The notes under the pieces were generated by a model that worked only from the letters and a program-made list of their open reading frames with translations, searched no databases and was not told where the DNA came from. The translations under genes and the position numbers were made by a program. This document shows positions 8,618 to 21,497 of a stretch of 64,000 nucleotides of DNA, one piece after another (the first letter of the stretch is position 1; each line of letters begins with the position of its first letter). Source of the stretch: Schmidtea polychroa (Eukaryota); contig CM097887.1 of the NCBI GenBank assembly GCA_044892525.1, forward strand, positions 72,540,001-72,604,000. Direction: 5' to 3'.

Positions 8618-11054
8618 ATTATAACATTTAAATTTTCCGTTGTTTGTTATCGGTGACAATTTTATTCAATATCGTGACCTATTGAGAGTCGTTGGGTCTG
8701 AATGTCACAGGGAGTGAAATGACTATCGCTTGGAGTACTCGACCTCCTCGTACCGGAAATGAGAATTTAAAAAAACTCGTCGAGAATTTTAATTATTACT
8801 TCGAATTATCTAAAAGTTCGTTTAAATTAGCGGCGTTAGTGTAGTCATGGAAACCCCAACTATTCATTCCTACTCTGCATGTATGTGAGTATGCATATAT
8901 TTCACTGTGTTAAGATTATAGTATGCCGGTATTACTCTTACCCACGGCTAGACAATTCTCGTTGAAATTAATTTCACTAAATGATTTCGATGTCGCTGAC
9001 TATGTTCGCACACACCGTCTCACACTGTTATATCATTACGTCATTTTCCTACTCGAGTTACTACGGTGGATCAGCTTGCTTGTGTGCATCATTGGACATA
9101 CTGATGATTATGCATGGCGTGGATACCTGATTTGATACTAGAAATATTCAGTTAGATCTATCAACACAGTGTTTCGAATTTGGAGTTTTATTATCGCCTT
9201 GCCAAGTTGGAATTATGAGTGAGTGATTATAAGGTCTACTCGATGTTTATCTCTGCTAATCTCTATCAAGCGCCGTTACTGGACCTTCATGGCCTCGTTA
9301 TCCGGGTATTGGAGGTGCTCAGGCGAATGCTTATCGGTCGTCTACGACTAATTTCCAGCAGGCCCGGACTAAAAGATAATTTCCCTAGTTTGCTGACCTC
9401 AGATTTTCTCAAGGCTGTCGTGAATATTTACATTCACTATCGGATGATTTTCATGTGTCGTATAGGTTCTACTTTTAGCGACGATAAGGCCTGTCAAGAA
9501 TGATTGTAGAGTCTGATTAAAGCCGAGAGGATGGATGTACTCGCTAATGCTCTAGTGGTTCAAATCTCTGAAGAAAACTAGAGACAGTTTATACAGACCT
9601 GTCTGGGATTTTCCTTTGCAGCCGAAAACTATGATCCCTTCATAATCAATTCACCGAAATTCGAAAGTTTAAAACAATAATCATGTCGAATTGGAGCATA
9701 ATGAAGTACGGCAGTACGTGGAAATGAAGATTCTGTCTCATGTCTTTTCCGGAAAGTTTTAAACGGAGTTATTATTTGTATCAATTGTCGCAATTCTGTC
9801 TCTTCTCACCCCTCCTGACTCACACAAGCACAGCATGCATCGCTGCCGCCGCATTTGGACCGTCAGGAAGGACGATTCCATCCCCTCAGATTTCTATCTT
9901 CTTCATCGAAAACAATCATCGCAAATAAACAATAAATTCGTCCGACAATTCAATATTAACGAAATATTATTATTATATAAAATAGTTAGTTACCCGGCGA
10001 CCACGCCGCCTGAAACTCGAACATGATACAAAGTCGGAATGATCCTCGTACACTTCATTTTCCATTCTCAGTGGGATTTAAATTCTCGATTCGATGTCTT
10101 TATTTTCATTACTCGTCTACGAGTATCATCTAGCCCATTCATTCGCGTTTCTGCATCATGTCCGAATTCCAGACGACATCGTCGCCGGTCGCATGGAGAG
10201 AGAGAACATCTTTATAATCAAATAGAAAAATTTATTAAAATTAAATTATTTTGTTCATTCCTTTTTATATAAAAACAAAATTAAAATATGCATCATACTT
10301 ACAATACGTTTCCTTCGAGAGTATTGGAAAAATATCGGTTGAAGTTTTCTGTTCCCAGGTGAATAATATTAATGCTCTGTGGAAATCTCGATAACTGTAT
10401 GAATAGTGTTTCTTGAGTATAGTCCTTGCGAATTGATTTAATGAAGTTTGCTGTAGAGTTTGGTTAAAAAGTGGTCGTTAACAAATTAAAATTTTACCTG
10501 TAGAGTTTGGTTAAAAAGTGGTACTCTACAGATATTTTCCGTTTCTTTTATATTATTTTCTGTCCAATCAGGACGCGACTTGCGTGTAATATTATTATTT
10601 ATTACTATTTTTATGTTTTTTAATGCAATAAGGTATATTTTAATGACTTTTCTCTATTTTTATTATCATTTTATTTATTTTTCTATTTTTTATTATTTCC
10701 CTCCTGTTTTTCCTATGACTTTATTGTTTTTTGGTTATAGTCTAATTTTTTGTTTTAATTAGTTTATGTATTTATTTGATAATGATTTATTTTTATTTTA
10801 TTTCCTAATTTCTGGTTTATTTTTCTTACATTTATTATTTTATTTCCTTATGCTATTATGTGTGGTGCGTTATTTTCTTTTCTCATCTTGTTTTTTCATC
10901 TTTTATTGTTTTCATTGGTTATTGGTCATTCCTTTTATTTCTGTTATGTTTATCTAATTTTATTTGTTCTTCTATTTTTCGCGCTTTTCGTGCAATTTAT
11001 TTTATCCCCCTTATTTATTCTTAACCGGTTTTGCAATACTCTCGAAGCTTGGCC

Positions 11055-11059
<5 letters not shown>

Positions 11060-11087
<28 letters not shown>
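11060..11087. repeat. (TA)n microsatellite at the insertion site of element A; other (TA)n runs at about 14805, 14968, 26815, 48290 and 48454
   Basis: Read directly from the sequence. Confidence 0.95.
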
Positions 11088-11090
<3 letters not shown>

Positions 11091-12674
11091 TTATATTGTT
11101 TTATATAGTTTTATATTTATTTTTGCAAATATTCTCATTATTTTTAATAAACTTTCAGTTTTAAACAGTAAAAATGAAACAGGTAAATATATTATATTTT
11201 AAAAGTAATTTTATAAGTTAAAAGGTGGCTTTCGATGTAGATGCTTTTCGTTGAATCATTTTATTTTATTATTTATTGCAAATCTTTTACCCATTATATT
11301 TTTAAAATCATAATGATACAATACTTTTAATAGAAAGTATTAGTCCATAATTTCTAGAATTGCATATCGAATATTCCTAGCAGAAACATGCAAATATTCA
11401 AACATTCCAATATTTCATTTTAAATTATGATTTTTTTCAAGCCGTGTTTCTCAGCCGGGGCCACAGAACCTAAACCAACATTTTAAGGCCCATGGAATAG
11501 AACATATGAAATAAATTGAAATTCAATGTTTAAATTATTACAAAAATGTAAATTTAGAAATGTGATTTTTTAATTGATTTATACATATGTTGTTACTGTA
11601 CCAAAAAGAATTAAAACTGAGCGAAAAGTGACTATCAATACACCCTGGAATAATTACTTCCTAAATTATTAATAAAGCATCATTCTACATAAATTATAAA
11701 TGGTTTTTATAATATATAAAATAGGAACAAAAAAAATTCCCTAAAATACCACAGTAAAAATATCAGAGAATCTGGTAGCTCAACTTTACTTTCCATTAAA
11801 ATCGAATTAAAAAAAGTAGATTTTGGTACTTTTTATTGCTTTTTAACGCTTTAATACCTTAATTATTATTTTAACCAATATTTTAGAATATTTTAGAATT
11901 CAAAAACCCATAAATTAAATTGGATATTTTTTTTAATTTAGAATAATTCTTATGAACTAATTTGAATCATTTGTTAACTGTAAAATTCGCATCTATAGAA
12001 TTCTTTCTAAAATTTCTTGTTGATATGATACACCAAACCCGGATATCTCCATGACCTCATTCTTTATTGATTATCGTTGTAGGATAACTACAAATAATGC
12101 CTATTCGAAATAATATTATTGCATGTTGAATTTGTATCAGTGAATATTACGTAATATATAGCAGAATCTCAAAGGTTCGATATTGTATTATTTATGCATG
12201 TGTATTATTTATGTATTATTTATTGTATTATTTATGCATTATTTATTGCTCAAGATACAATATATTTACTTCCTCTGGAGGATAATCAGTTTTTAGTAAT
12301 AATAAATCTTATGTCTCAAAAGTCTTCTAACGATCGTAATTAACAAATTTTTCTTTCACAATTTCAAAGCACCAATAAAATTTTAATGAAAGTTCTTTCG
12401 TGATGTCCAGTTAAAAGTAATATATACTCTTTTGCTTCAAATAAATTGAAAATAAATATATACTTTGCAGCGAAAGGCTTATATCATCATTTACTGGTTT
12501 AACATTTAATTAATTCTGCTACCAGGATATCATCACCTTAGATTGTTACTTTTAGCATGGGGTTCTCAATGATGATTTTATTTAAAGTCTGATATACAAC
12601 ATTAGCCATAAGAAGTCTAAACCAGATTATAAAAAATATTACGGAAAAGATGTTTTCAAAAAAATATTTCAAAG

Positions 12675-12905
12675 CACGTTGACTGCCACTATATATACCT
12701 CTAAATGTAGATGTAAACCATAACAAAAAAAACCTTAATTTACTTTTATCAAGGTACCACTGTATATAAATAAACAGTTTAAGCCCACTGCAACAAGAAA
12801 AACGTGATTATTCAGTAGTATTATGTATGTACCACCGGCGCTACACGTGGCATATGTATAAAAATGTACTGTGTACTGCGGGCGGGGCATATGGCAGTCA
12901 ACGTG
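12675..12905. mobile_element. Small MITE with 14-bp TIRs, possibly piggyBac-derived
   Basis: CACGTTGACTGCCA (12675) and TGGCAGTCAACGTG (ending 12905). TTAA is present on the right flank only. Confidence 0.45.
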
Positions 12906-13918
12906 TTAATCTAGTTTACTTATTTTTTTTTTGTTTTTCATTTCATTTTTTTTCTTGTCAGTATATATCAAAAGTTTTTTATCAATAGAAAACATAACCT
13001 AGACATTACGCATTTGAAAAAGGACTTATTCAATAATACATGGCATGTTAAGTAACTTATCTTCGTAAATTGAGTTGTTAAAAAAAGAGAAAAAAATTGC
13101 ATATGCAAATTCAAACATCTTATTAAATCAAACTTAAATTGTTTAAAGATTATGTTTCCTTAAGGTTATGTTTATTTATTTATGATGTAATTTTTTATTA
13201 AAATATATAATAAAATTTATTTTATATATAAAATTGTCTATTTCATAATTTTACAAATACAATTTCATAAATCAGTTTTTGCCCACAAAAATTTCAATTT
13301 TAAATCACAATTTCAATTAATTTTCTGATAATTGTAATATTTAGTGTTATTTATTATGTATAGAATTAAACTATTATTGGTTTTTATATATTATAAAAAC
13401 TTTTGATTTATGAAATGAACTATGCAATAATTATCCCACAGTTTGACTAATTCAGCCGCTATCCAATTATGACAATTATCTGTCTTTTATCATGCAATTA
13501 GATTGTTAATTGTTGTGGATTCTTTAAAATTTTGCAAATCTAAACCGATTTTACTACAATCAACTTTTTACATATATTTTATTCTCTTGTTAATTTCTTA
13601 ACTTTAATTTATTTAGCGGCACTAAAAATTTAATTATCATAATTAAAATAAATTAACTATTAAATGTGAATGATAATTTTGCGATAGAAATAAAATAACA
13701 TAACATAAAGAGCCCGGCTACCATCGCCAGGCACAAAACAAATTCAATTAAAACGATTATACTTATAAGTTATACTTATAATTACATAATTAATGCTGAT
13801 TTTCTTTAATTTTAATTTTATTTCGAAATATATTGCAAAATTATTTTTTAAAAAATCATGTTCTTTCATCTGGCGATCATATAGATTTTAAATTCCTTCA
13901 TTATCCGAATCAATTCAC

Positions 13919-14117
13919 NNNNNNNNNNNNNNNNNNNNNNNNNNNNNNNNNNNNNNNNNNNNNNNNNNNNNNNNNNNNNNNNNNNNNNNNNNNNNNNNNN
14001 NNNNNNNNNNNNNNNNNNNNNNNNNNNNNNNNNNNNNNNNNNNNNNNNNNNNNNNNNNNNNNNNNNNNNNNNNNNNNNNNNNNNNNNNNNNNNNNNNNNN
14101 NNNNNNNNNNNNNNNNN
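13919..14117. other. Assembly gap (N run); others at 16193-16351, 26376-26515 and 31406-31543
   Basis: N runs in the sequence. Confidence 1.
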
Positions 14118-14404
14118 TTATTTTCGAATGTTTAATTAAATCATTTTTGATTCAGTGTTTTATTGATTTTGAAAACTATTAAGTACATTGAAATATTGGT
14201 TGTATTTATTATGACAAAATTTCAAAAATAAAGTTTTATATTTTATATACCATTTTCTATCAGTTTACAATATTTTTGACCGATATGCCAAAAACAAATT
14301 CCAAATCTAAAAATAAAAATTCATTGGTTTCGGTTTAGTTTTGTGGTTGGTTTTTTAATTACATTGAATATTTTTTGATGAGGTATCATTGTATAAATTT
14401 TCAG

Positions 14405-14963
14405 TAAACCAGGTGAATGTTTAACTGTGGAAGGGCTTTGTCACGATGGGCCAATTATGTCTGTCAGCACGCAAAAATATTCATCGTCTGATCATGACTG
14501 CAAGGATTTGTTTCTCACGTCGTCTGTCGATTATTCAGTCAAATTGTGGTCGAATTCAGAAAACTATTCATCAAATTTGATTTTTACCCTTGATGATCGT
14601 AGTGATTACGTATACGATGTTGATTGGTCACCAATACATCCTGCAGTATTCTGTTGCGTGGACGGATCAGGGAAATTGGAGGTTTGGAATTTCTTGCGCA
14701 GTGTTGAGGTAAATAAAATTTTATTTGTGATATATATATCACAATATTTATCAGAAAAAAAATCTAACTTTTGCCCAGGGTCATAGTTTTATAACATCCT
14801 GGCGATATATATATATATATATATATATCAGCGGAATGTCATAGGGTAGTTTTCAACGCAAAATTTTCACATCAGGGGGGTTAATCCTCCCATTGTATGA
14901 TTTTCTATAGTAAATATCTTTTCAAGAGAGTTTGGGCGCGTGATTGCTTTCTCAATAATTCAA

Positions 14964-15031
<68 letters not shown>

Positions 15032-18000
15032 CGCCGCAGGAAAAAAATTTTTGGCCCCATTTGGACGCACAATTGAATAAGACCAGGGTTTCCCTGCGAC
15101 GGAACACTTCGTAACTCTCGAAATTTTGATGGAACACCTTGTATATTTTGTACGATATGAGACCAGTGGCGTAGGCCTACCCAAGATTTTTTTAAGGGGG
15201 ACGGGTAAGTGTTAATTGAAAGAAGGGATCATAGTTACAGAGGAGTTTTGCGCCGCAGGCAAAACATTTTTTTGGGTCATATTTGGAAAGACGATTTAAT
15301 TAAATAATTAGAGCTCAATATACAATATAACAGTATAAATCGTTATAAAATGATAGTAATGTATCAGGGACAAATGTGTATAGCCGACAAGCGAAACAAT
15401 TTTTTTGACCCCTATATGAATGGGTGATTTACTTAGATAACTAAAGTTGTTTGCTTATACAGTATATTATTAGCGAGGGAGAGGCAGGGGGATTGCATAA
15501 GTAGGTCAAAATGCAGGTAAATAATGTACTTCATGCAATAAGTAAACAAAACAGTGGAGCTTTATTACATAAAACCACAAATCGATCATTTGGAGGTCTC
15601 TGTTGACTGATGCCGACCGTGCCGTTGTTTGACATTGTTTTCTGAAGAAAAATTAAGGAAACTTGGAAAAAAGGCTCCACTGTTTTGTGGGCCCCTATTC
15701 ATTGCTTACTCTTGCTATGTGGTAGCTACGCCACTGATATATAAATCCCATCACTGGTAATAACCATAATGAATATATATATTTTTAAAATTTATTTTAT
15801 TAAACTAGATACAGTTAGCTACATTTTAAAAAAATTGATTAAAAAATGGGAATGTTTAATGTGTGAAAATCATAAAAATATTTTTTGAAAAGTAGTGAGT
15901 CGATTAATATGAGCGGTACTGTAATGATAAAATAATGATATTTATCAATATATGTACTAACATTTTTTATTTATGTTGAACAGTTTGACTAAAGTGATTC
16001 TGGAAAATCATTTTCTTCTATATTTTATACCATAGATTTCAGTTCTCTAATAATAAATGTTTATCTAGGAACCGATAGCCAAAGTAACTATTGATTCCCA
16101 AAGTGCCATTAACAGATGTAAGTGGCACGATTCCGGTTTGTCATTAGCCACTGGAGATGATATCGGCCGAATTCGGTTACACGAAATTAATGNNNNNNNN
16201 NNNNNNNNNNNNNNNNNNNNNNNNNNNNNNNNNNNNNNNNNNNNNNNNNNNNNNNNNNNNNNNNNNNNNNNNNNNNNNNNNNNNNNNNNNNNNNNNNNNN
16301 NNNNNNNNNNNNNNNNNNNNNNNNNNNNNNNNNNNNNNNNNNNNNNNNNNNCAATAAGAGGATTATTTTTTAGTTTCTACCACTAAACTAAATTGGTCAC
16401 GTTTATTACACAGCCTCTTCCTCAAGACGTGAAGCATTGATAACACTTATTGTGAATCTATTTGACAAAATCCTGACTTAATCCGCGCTAAATTTAGAGT
16501 GATCGATCCTTGACGTTTTAGGATTCTGACTGTGTTGTTGAATCCCTTATTTGGCGAAAAATCTCCAAAAAACAATTTGCCGAAAATTAAAAAATAATGA
16601 TAAAAACATGAAACAAACTAACAATTTTCGTTCGTCAACACTGTTTTTGTTATTTAGACTTTAACATTTCGGTTCTAAATTAGTGTTTCTGAAACGGTTT
16701 AAAACGAAACCGAATCCGAAACCGCCGGTCTTTGAGTCACAAAACCGTAACCGAATTCGCACAAGTATTTTTTAGGTTTTTCGGTTATTAATTTTTCCTA
16801 TTAGTTCAACCTATAATACTATATAAAAACTTCGATGGTTGATTTAGTTTAAATTTCTTTCTTGTCATAAGCATAAAAAAGAGATAAATATAACTTTATT
16901 AGATTTAAATTTAAACATTATATAATTTTAGTTTTACAACAAAATCCTTTTTATACAGAATATATAATGCCAGGAAATGATATGCAATCACCATTTTGGC
17001 AATATTTTAACAAGATGTTCAATGATTTGACTAAAACAAAATGCACAATTTTTAAAAATACTTGTACATACTCACGTGGATCCACAGGTGCAATGATAAC
17101 TCACCTAAAAACTATGCATAGGATTATTATTGAAAGAGTGTGACATCGGAATCAGACCAAACTTTATTATACCAAAAAAACCTAAAAATATTTTGGATTT
17201 TGTATAAAAAGATTCTTTAGAAGTAACATTTTCCAAACTAGCTGCGAGAGATGGTTCTTAAATTCGTGGAATAACACGATCAGTTTTATAAGAGATTCAA
17301 TGAATGTCCGCGGATTTAAGCTTCCAAAAAATAAAATGGATGTCATGAAATTAATCCTGACAGATTATGGAATTAAAAAAGGTGAGTTGAAAAACAAATT
17401 GTAAAATGCTAAATCTGCTGGATAAAAAGTTAGTCTTAGGATGGATGAATGGATCAGCACCAAGATGAGGAGATATTTTAATATTAATTTACATGATGCT
17501 AGCGAAAAGTTTACTGATTTGGGATTGTCTCGCATAAACGGTTCTTGCAACTCAGAAAAAATTCAACAAGTTTTTCGAAATCATTTGTTACAATTTGGTA
17601 TTTCATTTGATACAGACATTGTCACTTGTACTATAGATGGTGCTGATGCTAATGTAAAATTTGGTGGAGAAAGTCCTACAGAATTTCAACTATGCCTTGC
17701 TCGTGGCGCTCATCTTGCTGTTATGGATGTGATAAAGGAGATTCTGAAGAACAATTTTGTAGAGCTGATATTGGTAGTGAAGAATCTGAAGACGATCATG
17801 ATTGTTTTATTGAAGATGACGAAAATGATATTGTTTGTTCCCAAACAAGAAACCTTAATTCAAATCTTCATCAGAATCTTGAATCACTAAGAAAAGTAGT
17901 GAAGTTTTTTCGAAATTCTACTGTTAGAAATAATAAGGTCATGTAAACAAAATGCATAATCACGAACTTGAATTACTTTTGGATTGTAATACTCGATGGA

Positions 18001-21000
18001 ACTCAATCGTTCCAATGATTGAAAGAGCTGTTCTCTTAAAAGAATGCATTTTTGATAGTTCAATAGATTTATGCGCTTTACATTTATTTAATGCTGTAGA
18101 TTTTGTTATTGGAAAAATTAAAAGCAGCATTAGTGCTAATAAAATTGACTGCGGATGCATTTTGTAGAAGTGACGCAAATATTATACAGGCCGAAAGAGC
18201 CATTAATTTCCTTTATGGAGGAATTGAATACCGAAATTAGTCCAAAACTCTTAGTATCAATGCAAAATCGAATTGAACACAGAAGAAGTCAAAATTTAAT
18301 TAATTTGGCTAAATCTATTCTGATTCCAACTATTCAACCATACAAATAGTTATGCAAGTGAAATAATAAAAAGATTATACACTGAAAATGCTGAAATTTT
18401 AACTGACATTGAAAGTTTGGATGAATAAAACAATGAATGCATTGAAAACCCAGCTGAGCTCTCATTAAAAGATGAGTTAAATTTAGCTATTCAGAAAGCC
18501 TTGTTGGAATCAGAGCCAAAATGTGATTTTTGATTTATTGAAGCAAGAGTTCGCTTTGTATAAAAAATCAAATAATAAAACTAAAAATAGAACTTTATTG
18601 TACAATACAATAAAAACCCTTAAACCTACGTCCTACGTCTACAGAAAGTGAGAGAGCTTTCTTTATAGCTGAAAACTTTTGAGCAAAAAAAAATACAGAT
18701 TGTCCGATTCTTCTTTGGATGCTTTAACCTTTTTTAAATTTCATTGCTTAAATAATAAAAATAATTAAAGTATTTTGATTCAATGAAAAAAATTTAAATT
18801 GAATTTGTATCTGTTTTTATTTATTTTTTAACTATTTTTTTTTGAAACCACATATACTGCAAAACCGCGGTTATCAATTTTCACGAAACCGAAAACCGCG
18901 GTTTTTCAGAAACCCTAGTTCTAATACAGTGGCTATACATAAAATCAGATATTCATTAATATATATTTATGTATGTTTAGTACGAATACCAATCTTCTCA
19001 AGAATGTTAAATGTTAACAATGTAATGTAATATTAAAGAAATATTTTTAAAAATTGCATTTGTTTGAATTTATTAAAGCATTGACGATAAGTTCGCTAAT
19101 TTTAAGCGAGCAAAAGTTTTTTTGCTAGAAATTGTAAAGTTTAAAATGGTTGCGACATCTCATTAGCTTTGTGACAAAACTTTACTAATAAAATACATAG
19201 ATAATTAATATTTAGTTTGCATTCCACAATTTTTGATAATGTCATTTAGTCTCTTTGAAATTGATCTGTATAGATCAAATATCATTTGGTCCGATAATAG
19301 GTTCTCTTCTGCTAAAATAATGTCCCATAATTTGATATATGTTTTCGGATTTCTTTTATATGCTTTGTCCTTCAAGATCGACCATAAATTTTCTATCATG
19401 TTTATGTCAGGTGATTTTGGGGGCTAATTACTTATGGCATAAATATCTTTCCTAACCAGAAATTCTGTAGTAGACTTCGAACGATGGCATGAAGCACCGT
19501 CTTGTATGAAGGTCTCGAAGGCCTATTTCAATAACAATTTGATAAGCAGCATAATCTAGTCTTCTCGGAAATTTTATCAACATTCATTTTCCATTCCCTA
19601 AAATTGTTCCCCACACTAATATGGAACAACCTTGTTGCACTGTTTTACTATATTTGTTTTCAAACGACTATTTATAGGTTTTCGAACATAACGACGCCGA
19701 GTGGTATATAAGTCAAACTTAAACATTACATTATTCAAAAATTCTTGAATTATAGGATTTTCACCAAGCTCTAATATTTAGCTCCTAATATTCCATATAA
19801 ACCACTTTTTCTTAAAATTCGTCAAACTGTCCAAATTGACAGTTTCTCGTTTGTTGTTACCACTCGAGATATTTCTCTAGCAGTGTCAAAGTGATTTCTT
19901 TTTGAATGAATTAAAATTAATCTTTTCTCTCTTTCCGTAGATTTCAATGGGCGTCCACTCTGCTGTTGATTTTTAACTGATCCACTTTCGCCATATGTAA
20001 CTTATAGTTGTTTGCTTCACGCAAAGCATTTTAGACACCTCCATTTGTGTTTTGCCTTTCAGTAACTTATAATTCCTTAATTTCTTTAGAAATATTTGGC
20101 ATTTCGAACAGATATATTAAATGGCTATAAAATAAATATAAAAAATTAATTATCAATCAAAATTATATGAAAACATTATATAGAATAAATTTCTAGCAAA
20201 AACTTTTGCTCGCTTAAAATTAACGAACTTATACTTTAATAAATTCAAACAAATGCAATTTTTAAAAATATTTCTTTACTATTACAATACATTATTAACA
20301 TTTAACATTCTTGAGAAGAAATATATATTAATGAATATCTGATTTTATGTACCACTAGCAAAAAAATGTGCTCGCCACTATACTATTCAGTAGTTTTTTC
20401 AGTTATGCTATTTTTCAAAACAACATCGTATTCGTCACCAAAGTAGCGCGTTTTCATGTGACTTCCAGGTTCAAAAAGGAGCAACAAACTTTGCATTGTC
20501 GTGTTAGATTTTACTTTCCCGCATTCTGTGAAATGAATTTGGTAAGTGTCGTCCTGTCATGCGCAATGGATTGGTTTTGTCCAATGATGGCCCAATTTAG
20601 ATTATCATCACTATCAAACAGAAACGTGACACGATTTTGGTATGTTATAAAACGAGGTTTGTGGGTGCCCATAACAGAAATCAAGAAAATATATTTATAA
20701 ATAAGGAAATATTTATAACAACGAAATAATGGCAGAGTATAGCCTATCAAAGAACCAGAATGAAACAATGTCAACAAATTCATAAAAGTTTTTGTTTGTA
20801 GTGATTTTACAGTCGTTTTGAGTTTATTAAAAAAACAGTAAATAAGACAAAAAAACATGTTGTTTAAATATTTAGTTTTTATGAAATGTGATTTTGAAAT
20901 TTTGATTATTAAGGAAGTAATTATAAAGCTTATTGTAAAAAATTATAATAAAAGTTAAAAGATTTGTTTATTTTTTGCATCCTAATTTAAATATCTTGTT

Positions 21001-21497
21001 GACATTATGTCATATTCCATTGTTACTATTATATTAGTCAGTTTAAGTCCCAACATTTCGAATCATATGAAATTTTAGCTGATAATTATTTTCGAAATTT
21101 TTTTTAGAAGATTTACTTTAGAAGATCTACTTCTATTGGGAATTTTGGATTTTTCATTTGTTCGCTGATGCAACATTTTCAAATAAGCAACTATAATATA
21201 ATCGATTTAATTATCGATCTGAGCTTAAAGACAAGAGGATTAGTAAAATAATGTTTATTTACTTTTCTTAATTCTGTAATTTCAAATTTATAATTTTTAG
21301 TTTATTTCTACGATTAAAACTAATTGTTTACGTTTTTATTACAAATAATAGTAATAATATTTTCGAAATTAATTGTTTTTGTATGATCTCAGCATTCAGT
21401 TCAAGCTCGCAATATAGCTTGGAATGAATTCGAAGATTTAATCAATCAATTACAATTTGATGCTGACAGTGCAACTCCGTTTAAAGATATAGTTTGA
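14405..21497 (+). CDS. DYNC1I: Cytoplasmic dynein 1 intermediate chain, last three exons (WD40 C-terminus)
   Basis: Exons 14405-14708 (LFLTSSVDYSVKLW...DYVYDVDWSPIHPAVFCCVDGSGKLEVWN), 16069-16192+ (EPIAKVTIDSQSAINRCKWHDSGLSLATGDDIGRI, running into a gap) and 21393-21497 (HSVQARNIAWNEFEDLINQL...*). The visible splice sites are GT-AG. Upstream exons were not found in the window. Confidence 0.88.
15164..15736. mobile_element. Non-autonomous TIR element (hAT-like MITE)
   Basis: 11-bp TIR CAGTGGCGTAG / CTACGCCACTG. No matching TSD is visible. Confidence 0.45.
16681..18917 (+). mobile_element. hAT DNA transposon with degraded BED-finger transposase (about 16967-18750), in a dynein IC intron
   Basis: TIR TAG(T/G)GTTTCTGAAA. 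Flanks GTTCTAAAT and GTTCTAAT give an 8-bp TSD with one indel. Subterminal AAACCG repeats. Motifs: SPFWQYF..C..T..HL..H (BED), RMDEW, TIDGA, CLARGAHLAV, DCNTRWNS, TSTESERAF. Many stops and frameshifts. Confidence 0.88.
18927..20357 (-). mobile_element. Tc1/mariner element with ~200-bp TIRs and a decayed transposase (19205-20102)
   Basis: TA|CAGTGG left end and CCACTA right end, with long inverted repeats. HTH-type N-terminus, QDGASCH, SPDINMIENLW...TKY*. Confidence 0.88.

Larger units (their letters stand above)
1..11059 (-). mobile_element. Giant Ty3/gypsy-type LTR retroelement ('element A'), 5' half; pol and 3' LTR expected beyond the left window edge
   Basis: Order on the minus strand: LTR 11059-7235, PBS 7227-7210, RING ORF, tandem array, gag (capsid + CCHC knuckles). 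GC content is higher than the flank, and the outer end abuts a (TA)n run. Confidence 0.85.
7235..11059 (-). repeat. 5' LTR of element A, ~3825 bp
   Basis: 8-bp inverted termini: TGTTGGGC at 7235 and GCCCAACA ending at 11059. The inner end is followed after 7 nt by a PBS. Contains a TATAAAAG (8617-8610) and an AATAAA (8530-8525). Confidence 0.8.

Noticed and set aside
12538-12726. Membrane-protein or piggyBac transposase ORF
   Set aside because: The ORF crosses a MITE boundary, and the resemblance to the piggyBac C-terminus (IFYNL...) needs stops and frameshifts. Too weak.
14952-15184. ORFs with IYIYIY runs (also 10858-11164, 48133-48357 and the tail of 48454)
   Set aside because: These are translations of (TA)n repeats.
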